Shown: positions 1-9,376 of the stretch, piece after piece | Numbering within the stretch: the first letter of the stretch is position 1 | How the letters are laid out: every line of letters starts with the position of its first letter | Origin: Planctomycetota bacterium | GTDB lineage: Bacteria; Planctomycetota; MHYJ01; WSZJ01 | Reading direction: 5' to 3' | Length of the DNA stretch: 64,000 bases | Assembly (NCBI GenBank): GCA_038060895.1 | Contig: JBBTCT010000009.1 | Location: 400,082-464,081 of the forward strand | The notes under the pieces: model-generated | What the model was told of the DNA's origin: nothing | The model's database searches: none | The model's input: the letters and a program-made list of their open reading frames with translations, nothing else | Program-made: the position numbers and the translations under genes

Positions 1-829
1 CCTGCTCCGGCGCCATGTAAAAGGGCGTTCCGAGCGTCTGCCCCGTCACCGTCTTCAGCGTCGAAACACCGGCCAGCGACGCCTTCGCAAGGCCGAAGTC
101 GAGAATCTTCGGCTCGTCCTGCGGCGTTACGAGCACATTGCCGGGCTTCAGGTCCCGGTGGATGATCCCGTTCATGTGCGCGTGGTGCGCGGCCCGGCAG
201 ACCTTCACCATCACCCGAAGCCTCTGCTCCAGCGGAAGCCCCTTCGCCCACCTGTCCAGCGGCTTTCCCTCGACGATTTCCATCGTGTAATACCGCCGAC
301 CGTCCTGCCGGCCGATGTCGTGCACCGCCACGATGTTGGGATGCGTGAGCTGCGCGGCCAGCTCGGCTTCGCGAATGAAGCGCCGCTCGTCGTCCTCCGA
401 GGCGAAATCCCCGGCGAGCAATACCTTCAGCGCGACTTCGCGCTGGGCGTCGGTCTGCCGCGCGCGGAACACAACCCCCATGCCGCCGCGGGCAATCTCC
501 TCGAGGATCTCGTATCGGCCGAAAAATCTCGCCGGTGCACTCCTGGAGGTGGCAGGCCTGTCCGGGAACGTCGCGCGTAGCGAAGAGTCCTCGACAGGCC
601 CCTCGCGAGGCGGGGCAAGCACGGTCTTTTCCAGCGCGCCCGGCTGCGGGGAGATCCTCGTCTGCTCCAACGCGCCACCCCTCGTCGCTTCGAGCCAGCG
701 TTCCGCGAGAAGCCCCGCGACGTCGCGGCCCGAAGCCGCCGCTTCGACCTGCAGCGCTTCCGCTCTCTCCGCGCTCACAACGCCGCGCGCAAGCGCTTCT
801 GCGAGAACCGGGTGAAGTGCGTCCTTCAT
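1..829 (-). CDS. Ser/Thr protein kinase, N-terminal part (runs off the window start); paralog of the adjacent kinase
   Basis: Absent from the ORF track. Manual translation from ATG at 829 (ATGA overlap with the stop of 826..4692) gives MKDALHPVL...FGRYEILEEIARGGMGVVFRA...VALKV...HRDLKPGNVL...DFGLAK...GTPFYMAPEQ with no stop. Confidence 0.9.
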   Translation of the reverse strand, partial: MKDALHPVLAEALARGVVSAERAEALQVEAAASGRDVAGLLAERWLEATRGGALEQTRISPQPGALEKTVLAPPREGPVEDSSLRATFPDRPATSRSAPARFFGRYEILEEIARGGMGVVFRARQTDAQREVALKVLLAGDFASEDDERRFIREAELAAQLTHPNIVAVHDIGRQDGRRYYTMEIVEGKPLDRWAKGLPLEQRLRVMVKVCRAAHHAHMNGIIHRDLKPGNVLVTPQDEPKILDFGLAKASLAGVSTLKTVTGQTLGTPFYMAPEQ

Positions 830-3800
830 CGCAAGTCCACCGAAGTGAGCCACCCGTCGTTCGTCCCGAAAAATGCTTCCGGCACGCCGTCGCCATCAGC
901 GTCGGCGAGCAGGACGCCGCCTTCGGAAAAGTCGCCGGCGGAGAGGCGAAAGCGTTCGCGGCCGGTCGCGAGGTCGACGACGAACAGACGGCCTGCACGG
1001 TCGATTCCGGCGATGGCCGGGGCGCCGCCGGGGAAGCGGACCAGGCCGAGCGCGCCGACGACGGCTGCGCTGGGGTAAGTCCAGCGGAGCGTTCCGTCGA
1101 GCGCCGTGAGGGCCACGCCGGTCTTCGTGCCCACGACGAGGGACCGGTTCGCCGGGCCGGGGCCTTCGCACTCCCACGGTGCGCAGAAGGAGCCGCCCTG
1201 CCCTTCGCGCCGGGCGACTCGTTTTCCACTCGCATCGAACACGTGCAGGTCCGCGGCTCCCGCCGCCAGCACTTCCAGCTTCCCGTCGCCGTCCACGTCG
1301 ATCGCCGCGGGCGTGGTCCGCATGAACTCGCCCGTCTCAGCGGTCCACAGCGTTTTCCCATCCTGCCGGATCGCCGCGACCCAGCCGCGCTTCATGTCCA
1401 CGCTGCCATACGCGAAGAGGATTTCGTCGCGCGCGTCGCCGTCGAGATCCGCGAGAGCGCTTCCGGCCATGACGAGGCTCGCCTCGACGGACCAGTCGAG
1501 GTCTGTCGCGCCGGAGGTTGTCTTCGCGGCGCCGAGGTTCATAGGGAAGATGGCGTAAGAGGGATTGCCGCGGGAGTCTTCGCCCAGGAATGAAGCGCGT
1601 CCGTAGGAGATCTGGTCGCGGGTGGGGCAGGTAAAGAGCGGGCGGCCGTCGCGGCCGGAAAGGACGCGGAAGGCGGTTTTTCCGGTGTCGTCGTAGCAGG
1701 TGAGCGCGATGTCGGAGACGCCGTCGTGGTCGGCGTCGTGGACGAGAGGCTCAAAAATGGTGTCGAAGCCGCTTCCGGCGCGCCAGAGAAGTTCCCCCGT
1801 GCGGGCGTCGAGGCAGCGCATCTCGGAAGCGCCGTCGTTGCCGCGGCCGGCGACGGCGATGCCGAGGCGGCCGCCTGACGGGATGGCGACAGGCCGAGGC
1901 CGGACAGAGTTCCCGAAGGAGCGCCTCCAGAGGACGCGATTTCCGCGGGCGAGCGAATAGCCGAAGCCGGTGATGATGTAATCCGTCTCGCCGTAGCCGT
2001 CGGCGTCGACGGGCTGGATTCCGTGCGAAGGCGTCAGCAGGGAGAATTCCGAGACCTCCGATCCTGATCGGTCGAACACGCGCAGCCGCAGGTCGTTTGT
2101 GGCGATCGCAACGCGGGCGCCGCCGCGGCTGTCGTGGCACACGGGTGCTGCGAGAAGCGGAGCGCCGAGCGGCAACCGCCACGACTCGCGGCCGGTGTCA
2201 AATTCGTGGCAGCGCAGGGTTGCTTCGTCGACGGTGAAGAGGCACCCTGGACCCGCGGCGGATGTGTCGCCAGCCTCTTTCGACCAGGGGAGCGGTATTT
2301 CCAGTGGCTTGCCGCCCCGGAATGCGTCCCAGCCGCGCAGCGACTCCTGTCCCCAGGCGGCCATGAGCCTTGGCGAGCGCGGGCCTGCGGGAACTTCGAA
2401 GCACGCGATGGCCGGACCGGTGTCCGCGCTCCACAACTCGCGGCCGTCCACGAGGGAGCGGGCCGACAGGAGGCGGTCTCCGGCGAGGCACAGCGGATCC
2501 GTGAAGCGATGCGCTCCGGCGGCGCGAATCGGCTTGACGGCCTGGACGCCGGGGGCGACGTCAATTCTCCACGCGATCTCGCCCGCGGAGTTCAGCCGCA
2601 GGATTTCACGGTCGCGAAATGCAAGCACGTCGCCCTCTACGGTGACCGCCAGGGCCGTCGGCGCCGGGAATTCCAGGCTCTTCAAGGTTTCTCCGTCCCT
2701 CCAGGCCAGCAGCTCCAATCCGCCTGGAATCCCGACCCACACTCCTTCCCGGCACGCCACCATGGGCGGAACGGGCGCGCTCAGCACGTTGACCGCGACA
2801 TCCTTCCTCCAGATCTCGTGCTGGGGAACGCCCTTCGGTCCCGTCGCGGGGTCCGCCTTTGCAAGGCTTCCCGCGCAGACCTGGATTCGGCCTCGCGGCA
2901 TCGCGATTCCCTGGGGAATAAATGTGGAGGCCAGCACGTCGTCCTCGACGCCGTCGCCGTCGGCATCCCACCAGGCCAGGTTCCACGCAGAAGTCCCGTC
3001 CGTCACGCGGGTCACAAAAATCGCTTCTCCGTTTCTGCCGTCAAAGGACAGCAGGACGTTGTACTGGCGGCCGCTGACGTCGGGCACGCCGTCGGCATTC
3101 ACGTCGCGCAGATGGCATTCGGTGGCCCCGGCGTCCGGGAACTTCACGCCCCATGACCCGCTCGAGGGCACGGACCTCCAGAAGCGGGTGGTTTCATCGC
3201 GGCGGACGTCGATGTCGATGAAGCGCGACCACTCGCAGGAGCGGCGGATCACGGCGCGATGCCGGCCGACGGGGAAGGGGTGGTTGGTGAGGGGGGTGCC
3301 GTGGTTTTCGCCGAGGATGGTGACGAACGTTCCCGGCTCTCCCGTTTCGAGCGTCAGTCGACCTGTCGAGACGTCGAGGCGAAACACGTGCGTCCTCCGC
3401 TCTCCGCGCCCGACGACGACCTCCCGCCGCTCGGGCTCGTGGCCCCCGGCGCCTGCGACGAGGACGTGCGCCCCCGGGCGAACGCGGACCGGGCCGCCCC
3501 GTGGAACCCGCGCCCCGTCCACTTCGACCCACGCTCCCGGCGCATCGACCTCGAAAGCGACTTCGCCGTCGCGCGACCACCACCAGCCGCCCACTACGGC
3601 GAGGGTCGTGACGACGGCGACCAGGCCCGCCAACGCCGCCGGATGCCGGCGCGCCCAGCGTTTCGCGGTCACCGACAGTCCCGGCGCGCGCGCCGAGACG
3701 GGCTCCCCGGCAATGAAGTGGTCGAGATCCTCGGCCAGCGCTTCCGCCGTCGCATAGCGTAGATGTTTTTCTTTCGCCATCGCTTTCCCGATGACCGTCG

Positions 3801-4692
3801 CGAGATCGGGCGGGGCGTCGAGGGCGCGCGCTTCTTCCTGCAGGATCTTCCTCGCGACCTCGATCATCGTTTCCGCGCGGAAGGGGACGTCACCCGAGAC
3901 GAGCTGGTACAGGACGACGCCGAGCGCGTAGACGTCGGTGCGGATATCGATGTCCTTGACCCGCCCGTCCGCCTGTTCCGGCGCCATGTAGAAGGGCGTG
4001 CCGATCGTCGCGCCGGAAGCAGTGCTCATCGTGGGCGACGCGGCCGTCACGCCTTTCGCAAGCCCGAAGTCGAGCAGTTTTGGCTCTCCGTCCGCGGCGA
4101 CCAGGATGTTCCCGGGTTTCAGGTCGCGGTGAATCACGCCGCGCATGTGGGCGTGGTGCACGGCGCGGCAGGCTTTCGCAGCGGCGCGAAGCCGTTCGGA
4201 AAGAGGCCGCGACTTCGCCCACCGGTCGAGGGGCTCTCCTTCGACGTACTCCATCGTGAAGAAGAGCCTTCCTCCTTCGCGGCCGAAGTCGTGTACCGCG
4301 ACGATGTTCGGGTGCGACAGCCGCGCGGAGAGTTCCGCTTCGTGCGCAAATCGCCGCTCATCGTCTTCCGACGCCAGGCCGCCGTGCAGCAGGACTTTCA
4401 GCGCGACGGTGCGGTTGACGTCCGTCTGGCGTGCCCGGAAGACGATCCCCATGCCTCCGCGCGCGATCTCAGCCAGGATCTCGTAGCGGCCGAAGCGGCG
4501 GGGAGGCTCGGCACCCCGCGAGGAATAGACGCGCGTGGGGCCGGGGTCCGAGGGAGGCTGCCGGGATTCGCGCACGGACGACTCCGGGACCGACGGGGGA
4601 ACCGGCGACGGCACGTCCGCCACCGGTTTCGACGGTGGCGTCGTGCGCGTCGCTGAAAAGTCGCCAGGTTCCTGGCTGCCAGCCTGCGTCAA
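826..4692 (-). CDS. Membrane Ser/Thr kinase with PEGA-like domains and an extracellular FG-GAP/PQQ-like beta-propeller region
   Basis: GGMGIVF, HRDLKPGNIL, DFGLAK, GTPFYMAPEQ; TM segment ALAGLVAVVTTLAVVGGWWW; PGAWVEVDG PEGA-like; seven DxDxDGxxD/E-type motifs. Start codon (TTG) uncertain. Confidence 0.9.
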   Translation of the reverse strand: MTQAGSQEPGDFSATRTTPPSKPVADVPSPVPPSVPESSVRESRQPPSDPGPTRVYSSRGAEPPRRFGRYEILAEIARGGMGIVFRARQTDVNRTVALKVLLHGGLASEDDERRFAHEAELSARLSHPNIVAVHDFGREGGRLFFTMEYVEGEPLDRWAKSRPLSERLRAAAKACRAVHHAHMRGVIHRDLKPGNILVAADGEPKLLDFGLAKGVTAASPTMSTASGATIGTPFYMAPEQADGRVKDIDIRTDVYALGVVLYQLVSGDVPFRAETMIEVARKILQEEARALDAPPDLATVIGKAMAKEKHLRYATAEALAEDLDHFIAGEPVSARAPGLSVTAKRWARRHPAALAGLVAVVTTLAVVGGWWWSRDGEVAFEVDAPGAWVEVDGARVPRGGPVRVRPGAHVLVAGAGGHEPERREVVVGRGERRTHVFRLDVSTGRLTLETGEPGTFVTILGENHGTPLTNHPFPVGRHRAVIRRSCEWSRFIDIDVRRDETTRFWRSVPSSGSWGVKFPDAGATECHLRDVNADGVPDVSGRQYNVLLSFDGRNGEAIFVTRVTDGTSAWNLAWWDADGDGVEDDVLASTFIPQGIAMPRGRIQVCAGSLAKADPATGPKGVPQHEIWRKDVAVNVLSAPVPPMVACREGVWVGIPGGLELLAWRDGETLKSLEFPAPTALAVTVEGDVLAFRDREILRLNSAGEIAWRIDVAPGVQAVKPIRAAGAHRFTDPLCLAGDRLLSARSLVDGRELWSADTGPAIACFEVPAGPRSPRLMAAWGQESLRGWDAFRGGKPLEIPLPWSKEAGDTSAAGPGCLFTVDEATLRCHEFDTGRESWRLPLGAPLLAAPVCHDSRGGARVAIATNDLRLRVFDRSGSEVSEFSLLTPSHGIQPVDADGYGETDYIITGFGYSLARGNRVLWRRSFGNSVRPRPVAIPSGGRLGIAVAGRGNDGASEMRCLDARTGELLWRAGSGFDTIFEPLVHDADHDGVSDIALTCYDDTGKTAFRVLSGRDGRPLFTCPTRDQISYGRASFLGEDSRGNPSYAIFPMNLGAAKTTSGATDLDWSVEASLVMAGSALADLDGDARDEILFAYGSVDMKRGWVAAIRQDGKTLWTAETGEFMRTTPAAIDVDGDGKLEVLAAGAADLHVFDASGKRVARREGQGGSFCAPWECEGPGPANRSLVVGTKTGVALTALDGTLRWTYPSAAVVGALGLVRFPGGAPAIAGIDRAGRLFVVDLATGRERFRLSAGDFSEGGVLLADADGDGVPEAFFGTNDGWLTSVDLR

Positions 4693-4732
4693 GCCGTTCT
4701 CCTCAGCCGAGACGGGCGCGGTCCTGGCAATC

Positions 4733-5695
4733 CTACTTCACCCACTCCGCCTCGATCACTACGGCAAGGAGCTTTCTCCGGTAGTCCTCCGACGGAGGTT
4801 CCGCGGCGACGGCGAGGATGGACTGACCGGGCCGAAGCGTTACCGTCGCGGCGATGCGGGATTCGGAGACTCGCGGCAGTTCGGTCATCGGGGATGCAGA
4901 ATCACTCCCGTGTCGGATTGCGATGAAGGGCCCTTTGACGTCGAACAACCGGCTCATCCGGAGTTCGAATCTGAGAAGCAAGTCGTCAGATCCCGGGCCG
5001 TTCGGAATCGCGGCGATGTCAAGGGCAGAGCCGACCTGGAGCGTCCCGATGACGGGGTTCCAGGCGACCGCCGATCCGGAATCCGCTTTCTCGTATCCCT
5101 TGATGTACGCCAGTTGGCTGGCGATCGAGATCGACCCGGCCTGGCCCGCAAACAGGGTCAACCGTGGTGCGGTCAGCAGGCTCACCCCTTCCTGTTTCAT
5201 CCAACCCGAGATGACGCCGCGAAGCAGCTCACCGTCATAAACGTCGGCGACGCCACCTTCGGCCGCGGCAGCGGACTCCAGTTCGACGAGCAGATCCGCG
5301 TCGAGGTCCAGGTGCCGCGTGGTCACCCGGATAAGTCGGCTCGCGGAGCCGGACATCGCCCGAAGCACCGTCCGTACTCCATCGCGAGCCGCTGGCGAGT
5401 GACGGACGACGATCGCATCCCCGTCCCCATAGAGCGCAGTTCCGAACTCCGGCCCCCAGGTTCCGGGCGCCACAAATCGGCCCAGTGCGCTCACGAGCCC
5501 TTCAACGCCGCCCTCACCCAGGGTCGCCGCTTCCACGACGATCCTCTCGGTAGCGAGCTCCGAAGCGACGGGACTAGCCACCTCCGCCAGTGCCGGCGCC
5601 GGACGGTCGGCAGGAGTCAGCACGGCGTGCGGAGCCGGCGCGGAGGAGCAGCCCGCGATCACTACGGCCCCCAACACAACTGTCCACTTCAGCAT
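4733..5695 (-). CDS. Lipoprotein with a short secretin-like (GspD/PilQ C-terminal-like) domain
   Basis: Lipobox VIAG-C; LTAPRLTLFAGQAGSISIASQLAYIKGY...NPVIGTLQVGSALDI resembles the secretin core motif. Confidence 0.6.
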   Translation of the reverse strand: MLKWTVVLGAVVIAGCSSAPAPHAVLTPADRPAPALAEVASPVASELATERIVVEAATLGEGGVEGLVSALGRFVAPGTWGPEFGTALYGDGDAIVVRHSPAARDGVRTVLRAMSGSASRLIRVTTRHLDLDADLLVELESAAAAEGGVADVYDGELLRGVISGWMKQEGVSLLTAPRLTLFAGQAGSISIASQLAYIKGYEKADSGSAVAWNPVIGTLQVGSALDIAAIPNGPGSDDLLLRFELRMSRLFDVKGPFIAIRHGSDSASPMTELPRVSESRIAATVTLRPGQSILAVAAEPPSEDYRRKLLAVVIEAEWVK

Positions 5696-5728
5696 GACCC
5701 GTCTCCTTCAATGGCCCCCCGGCCCCCG

Positions 5729-7051
5729 CTACGCCTTTACGATCTTCTCCCGATGCCGCGTGATCGCCTTCGTCGCGTTGCGCGTATCCACGACCAGCGC
5801 CGCGTTCTCCACGACCATCGCGTAATCGACATCCGAATGGTCCGTCACGATCACCACGGCGTCTTGTTCCTTCACCGACTTCGCCGTCAGCGCGATCGAT
5901 GTCTGCTTCACGTCGTGCTTCCGTCCCTTGCGGATCTTCGGGATGTGCGGGTCGTGGTACGACACCTTCGCTCCGCGTTCCTCCAGCAGCTCAAACAGCT
6001 TCAGCGCTGGCGACTCCCGCACGTCGTCGCTGTTCTTCTTGTAGGCGACGCCCAGCAGGAGGACTTTCCCGTTATGAAGCGTCTTCCCGCGCCGGTCCAG
6101 CGCTTCGGCCAGCCGCGTGACGACATAGTAGGGCATCTGGGTGTTGATCTCGCCCGCGAGTTCGATGAACCGTGTCGTGACGTCAAACTGCCGCGCTTTC
6201 CACGAGAGGTAGAAAGGGTCGATCGGGATGCAGTGCCCCCCGAGGCCGGGGCCCGGAGTGAAAGGCTGGAAGCCGAAGGGCTTGGTCGAAGCGGCCTCTA
6301 TGACTTCCCAGACATCGATGCCCATGCGGTCGAAGACGACTTTAAGCTCGTTGACGAGCGCGATGTTGACGCATCGGTAGATGTTCTCGAGCAACTTGGT
6401 GGCTTCCGCTGCCGCGGCACTCGACACCGGGACCACCTTCGTGACGGCCTTTCCGTACAGCGCGGCGGCGACGCGCCCGGACGCCGCGTCGAGTCCGCCG
6501 ACCACTTTCGGGATCCGCTCCGTGGACCAGTTCGGATTCCCGGGGTCCTCGCGCTCGGGGCTGAAGGCGAGGAGAAAATCCTTCCCGCACTTCAGTCCGC
6601 TCTTCTCGAGAATCGGCTTGCAGACCTCCTCCGTCGTCCCCGGGTAAGTGGTGCTCTCCAGCACCACCAGCTGCCCTTTGCGAAGCCTCTTCGAAATCGC
6701 CTCGCTCGTCTTCTCGATGTACGTCATGTCCGGGTCGCGCGTCTCCGTCAACGGCGTCGGGACGCAGATGAGGATCGCGTCGGGCTCGTTGAGACGGTCG
6801 AAGTCGTCGGTCGCCTCGAATCCTTTGTCGCGCATCGCGCGGATGGTCTCGCCGCTGATGCTCTTGATGTAGCTGCGCTTCTCCGCGAGCGCCCTGATCT
6901 TCTCCGGGTCGATGTCGAATCCCAGCACCCGCAGGCCCGCCTGCGTGAAAACGCGCGCCAGGGGGAGCCCGACGTAACCCAGACCGACGATTCCAACCTG
7001 GGCCTTGCGGGTCTCGATCTTTCCCAGAAGATCCTTCTCGATGTCGCTCAT
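5729..7051 (-). CDS. Nucleotide-sugar dehydrogenase (UDP-GlcNAc/ManNAc 6-dehydrogenase, WbpA/WecC/TviB family)
   Basis: GLGYVGLPLA, ICVPTP, LESTTYPGTT, SPEREDPGN, GPGLGGHCIPIDP, DVRESPA. Confidence 0.95.
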   Translation of the reverse strand: MSDIEKDLLGKIETRKAQVGIVGLGYVGLPLARVFTQAGLRVLGFDIDPEKIRALAEKRSYIKSISGETIRAMRDKGFEATDDFDRLNEPDAILICVPTPLTETRDPDMTYIEKTSEAISKRLRKGQLVVLESTTYPGTTEEVCKPILEKSGLKCGKDFLLAFSPEREDPGNPNWSTERIPKVVGGLDAASGRVAAALYGKAVTKVVPVSSAAAAEATKLLENIYRCVNIALVNELKVVFDRMGIDVWEVIEAASTKPFGFQPFTPGPGLGGHCIPIDPFYLSWKARQFDVTTRFIELAGEINTQMPYYVVTRLAEALDRRGKTLHNGKVLLLGVAYKKNSDDVRESPALKLFELLEERGAKVSYHDPHIPKIRKGRKHDVKQTSIALTAKSVKEQDAVVIVTDHSDVDYAMVVENAALVVDTRNATKAITRHREKIVKA

Positions 7052-7470
7052 TTAGCGAAAGTCTCCACGATCTTGTAGACCCACGCGCCGAAGAGGCCGG
7101 CCCAGAAGCCGATGGTCGCGTGTTTTCCGTAGCGATTGAAGCGGCGCTCGACGGTGCCGCCAGTGAAAAGAAAGACGAGGGAGGCGAGTCCGGCGGCCAC
7201 GGTGGCGGTGAAGAGGGCGACGCCCATGGGTTGGGCCTTGACTGCCTGCCAGGGGTGCCCGTGCGCCATGTGGGCCCACGAGGTCGTCATGCCGCAGGAG
7301 AAACAGGGGATGTGGGTCCATTTGAGGAACATGCAAGGAGGGAGGCCGAGGCGTTCGTGGGTGCCCATGCCGGTGGGGGAGGGGGTGACGAGGGCGGAGA
7401 CGATGACGAGCCCCGCCGCGATTGCTACGAGCACCGAGTTTACGAGGCGATCCTGGTGGGTCGGCGACAT
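7048..7470 (-). CDS. DUF2752-family membrane protein
   Basis: LGLPPCMF...PCFSCGMTTSW motif with TM helices; likely start ATG at 7470 (the longer ORF runs into the repeat arm). Confidence 0.75.
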   Translation of the reverse strand: MSPTHQDRLVNSVLVAIAAGLVIVSALVTPSPTGMGTHERLGLPPCMFLKWTHIPCFSCGMTTSWAHMAHGHPWQAVKAQPMGVALFTATVAAGLASLVFLFTGGTVERRFNRYGKHATIGFWAGLFGAWVYKIVETFAK

Positions 7471-7483
7471 CCGGGAGGATTTT

Positions 7484-7516
7484 GCCACAGAGGACACAGA
7501 GAGCACAGAGGAAGGC
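7484..7516 (+). repeat. Left inverted arm: three 9-nt units GCCACAGAG GACACAGAG AGCACAGAG then GAAGGC
   Basis: 7484-7512 matches the reverse complement of 7891-7919 at 28/29 nt; extended arms match at 31/33. Confidence 0.95.
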
Positions 7517-7881
7517 TACAGCGCGACTCGCTGGACCCCTTTCACGAGAGTCGGAAGGCCGAAGTTCAGGATGAGGGCCCGCTTCATTCCCGTACACCGC
7601 AGGTAGGAGATTGCCTGCGCCAGGAATAGATCGTCATTGGGACGCTGGGACTTCACTTCAACGATGACAGCGCCATACCCAATCAGGTCTATCCTCTGGC
7701 CCTTGATCATCCGTCCCTTGTATATGACGTCGACTTTGCGCTGCCGCTCGAACGGAACACCTTGAATCTCGAATTCGACGCAGAGCGCTTCTTCATAAAT
7801 GGACTCAAGCAGCCCAGGTCCGAGCACTCGATGAACCTCAATGGCCGCTGCCAGAATCTTCTCCGTCATCGCATCTCCCAT
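7516..7881 (-). CDS. GxxExxY family protein (PD-(D/E)XK nuclease-like fold)
   Basis: MGDAMTEKILAAAIEVHRVLGPGLLESIYEEAL...RIDLI...VIVEVKS...QAISYL...LILNFG; SD GGAGG 7 nt before ATG 7881. Confidence 0.9.
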   Translation of the reverse strand: MGDAMTEKILAAAIEVHRVLGPGLLESIYEEALCVEFEIQGVPFERQRKVDVIYKGRMIKGQRIDLIGYGAVIVEVKSQRPNDDLFLAQAISYLRCTGMKRALILNFGLPTLVKGVQRVAL

Positions 7882-7882
7882 A

Positions 7883-9253
7883 CTATGCCCTCCTCTGTGA
7901 TCTCTGTGTCCTCTGTGGCTCCAGTCTTTCAAGCGCATCCTCCACCGACGCCACCGGGTCCACCTGAATGCCATTCCCGTGCTTGATCCCCGGCGCGGGC
8001 ACCAGAATTCTTCTGAACCCCAGCCGCTCCGCCTCTTCCACCCTTGCCTCCACCGGCCCGCATGGCCGGATCTCGCCACCCAGCCCGACTTCGCCCACGA
8101 CCGCCGTATCGTGCGGGAACGGCCGATCGAGAAAGGCCGACGCCACCGCCAGCGCAACCGCCAGGTCGCACGACGGATCTTCCAGCTTCGCGCCTCCCGC
8201 GGTCGCGACGAACACGTCCTCCCCGCTGAGCTGGATCCCGGCGCGCTTCTCCAGCACCGCCAGCAGGACCGCCAGTCGCGTCGCGTCGACCCCATTCGCC
8301 CTTCGCGCCGGCGTTCCGTAGCCGGACTTCGTGGTGAGTGCCTGCACGTCGACGAGAAGCGTCCTCGTTCCCACCAGCGCCGGCGTCACGACCACTCCCG
8401 GCAGGACGTGCGCCGTGCGGCTCAGGAAGTAGCGCGAGGGATTCGCGACATCCTGCAGGCCGCTTCCCGACATCTCGAAAATCCCTACTTCACCGGTGGA
8501 GCCGAAGCGGTTCTTGACGCCGCGGAGGAGGCGGTAGTCCTGGAGGCGGTCACCCTCGAGGTAGAGCACCGCATCGACGAGGTGCTCGAGCGTCCGCGGG
8601 CCGGCGACCGAGCCTTCCTTTGTCACGTGGCCGATCAGGACGAGCGCGTGCCCGGCGGACTTTGCGGCGCCGGTGAGCCTCGCGGCGCATTCACGGACCT
8701 GCGTGAGGGAGCCGGGGACGGAAGGCAGGTCCGGGTGTGCGACCGTCTGGATGGAATCGATGACGACCAGGTCGGGATTTCGCGCCGCGATCTCCGCGGC
8801 GAATTCCACCAGGTTCGTGCCGCTCCCCACGAGCAGCCCCGGCGCGTTGGCGCCGACGCGGCGGCCGCGCATGGCGACCTGGGAAGCGGATTCTTCGCCA
8901 GAGAGATAGAGGACGGTGCGTCCGGCGCGCGCGGCGCGATCGGCGGCCTGCAGCATCAGGGTCGATTTGCCGACGCCCGGGTCGCCCCCGACCAGGACGG
9001 CGGAACCGCGAACGAAACCGCCCCCGAGAACGCGGTCCATCTCGCGGGAACCGGACGAAAAGCGCTCCTCGGCGCTTTCCGGGACGTCGGCCAGGGGCCG
9101 GGCCCGGTCGCGGCCGACCGCCCACCCGGTCGCGTCGTCAGGGGCGGAGAGGTCGGGCTCGAAGCAGTTCCATTCGCCACAGGACGGACAGCGGCCGAGC
9201 CTTTTGGGGGAAGCGTGGCCGCAGTGGAGGCAATTGAAGGTGGACCGGGGCAC
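7883..9253 (-). CDS. radA: DNA repair protein RadA/Sms
   Basis: N-terminal CxxC..CxxC zinc finger, GGDPGVGKSTL, IDSIQT, AGPRTLEHLVD, KNRFG, C-terminal Lon-like GEVGLGGEIR. Confidence 0.97.
   Translation of the reverse strand: MPRSTFNCLHCGHASPKRLGRCPSCGEWNCFEPDLSAPDDATGWAVGRDRARPLADVPESAEERFSSGSREMDRVLGGGFVRGSAVLVGGDPGVGKSTLMLQAADRAARAGRTVLYLSGEESASQVAMRGRRVGANAPGLLVGSGTNLVEFAAEIAARNPDLVVIDSIQTVAHPDLPSVPGSLTQVRECAARLTGAAKSAGHALVLIGHVTKEGSVAGPRTLEHLVDAVLYLEGDRLQDYRLLRGVKNRFGSTGEVGIFEMSGSGLQDVANPSRYFLSRTAHVLPGVVVTPALVGTRTLLVDVQALTTKSGYGTPARRANGVDATRLAVLLAVLEKRAGIQLSGEDVFVATAGGAKLEDPSCDLAVALAVASAFLDRPFPHDTAVVGEVGLGGEIRPCGPVEARVEEAERLGFRRILVPAPGIKHGNGIQVDPVASVEDALERLEPQRTQRSQRRA
7887..7919 (-). 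repeat. Right inverted arm GCCACAGAGGACACAGAGATCACAGAGGAGGGC, overlapping the radA 3' end
   Basis: Direct reading; encodes the last residues of RadA (PQRTQRSQRRA) and the SD of the GxxExxY gene. Confidence 0.95.
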
Positions 9254-9376
9254 GGGCGAGCTCCTGAAGTGGGTGTGCAGTCTCCGTAGCCATCATCACA
9301 TCAACAGCGATTATTGAGTATAGATGGATGGTTGTCAAGTGCATTTCCGGATTGCGCTTCCGAATATGGATCTCCC

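Larger units (their letters stand above)
7484..7919. mobile_element. Putative repeat-armed GxxExxY cassette (436 bp)
   Basis: One small nuclease-fold gene between near-perfect inverted arms. No target-site duplication seen; mobility is inferred. Confidence 0.5.

Noticed and set aside
4535-7078. 847-aa plus-strand ORF
   Set aside because: Antisense shadow of well-supported minus-strand genes; no recognisable domains; expected in high-GC DNA
7484-7919. CRISPR array or classical IS
   Set aside because: Only two inverted arms with no spacers; no DDE/HUH transposase motif; no target-site duplication
7516-8295. 259-aa ORF extending GxxExxY upstream
   Set aside because: The extension overlaps radA in another frame and runs through the repeat arm; the family-like sequence and SD begin at 7881
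9254-9376. SOS/LexA box upstream of radA
   Set aside because: A minus-strand TTGACA is present, but no palindrome matching a LexA box I can support
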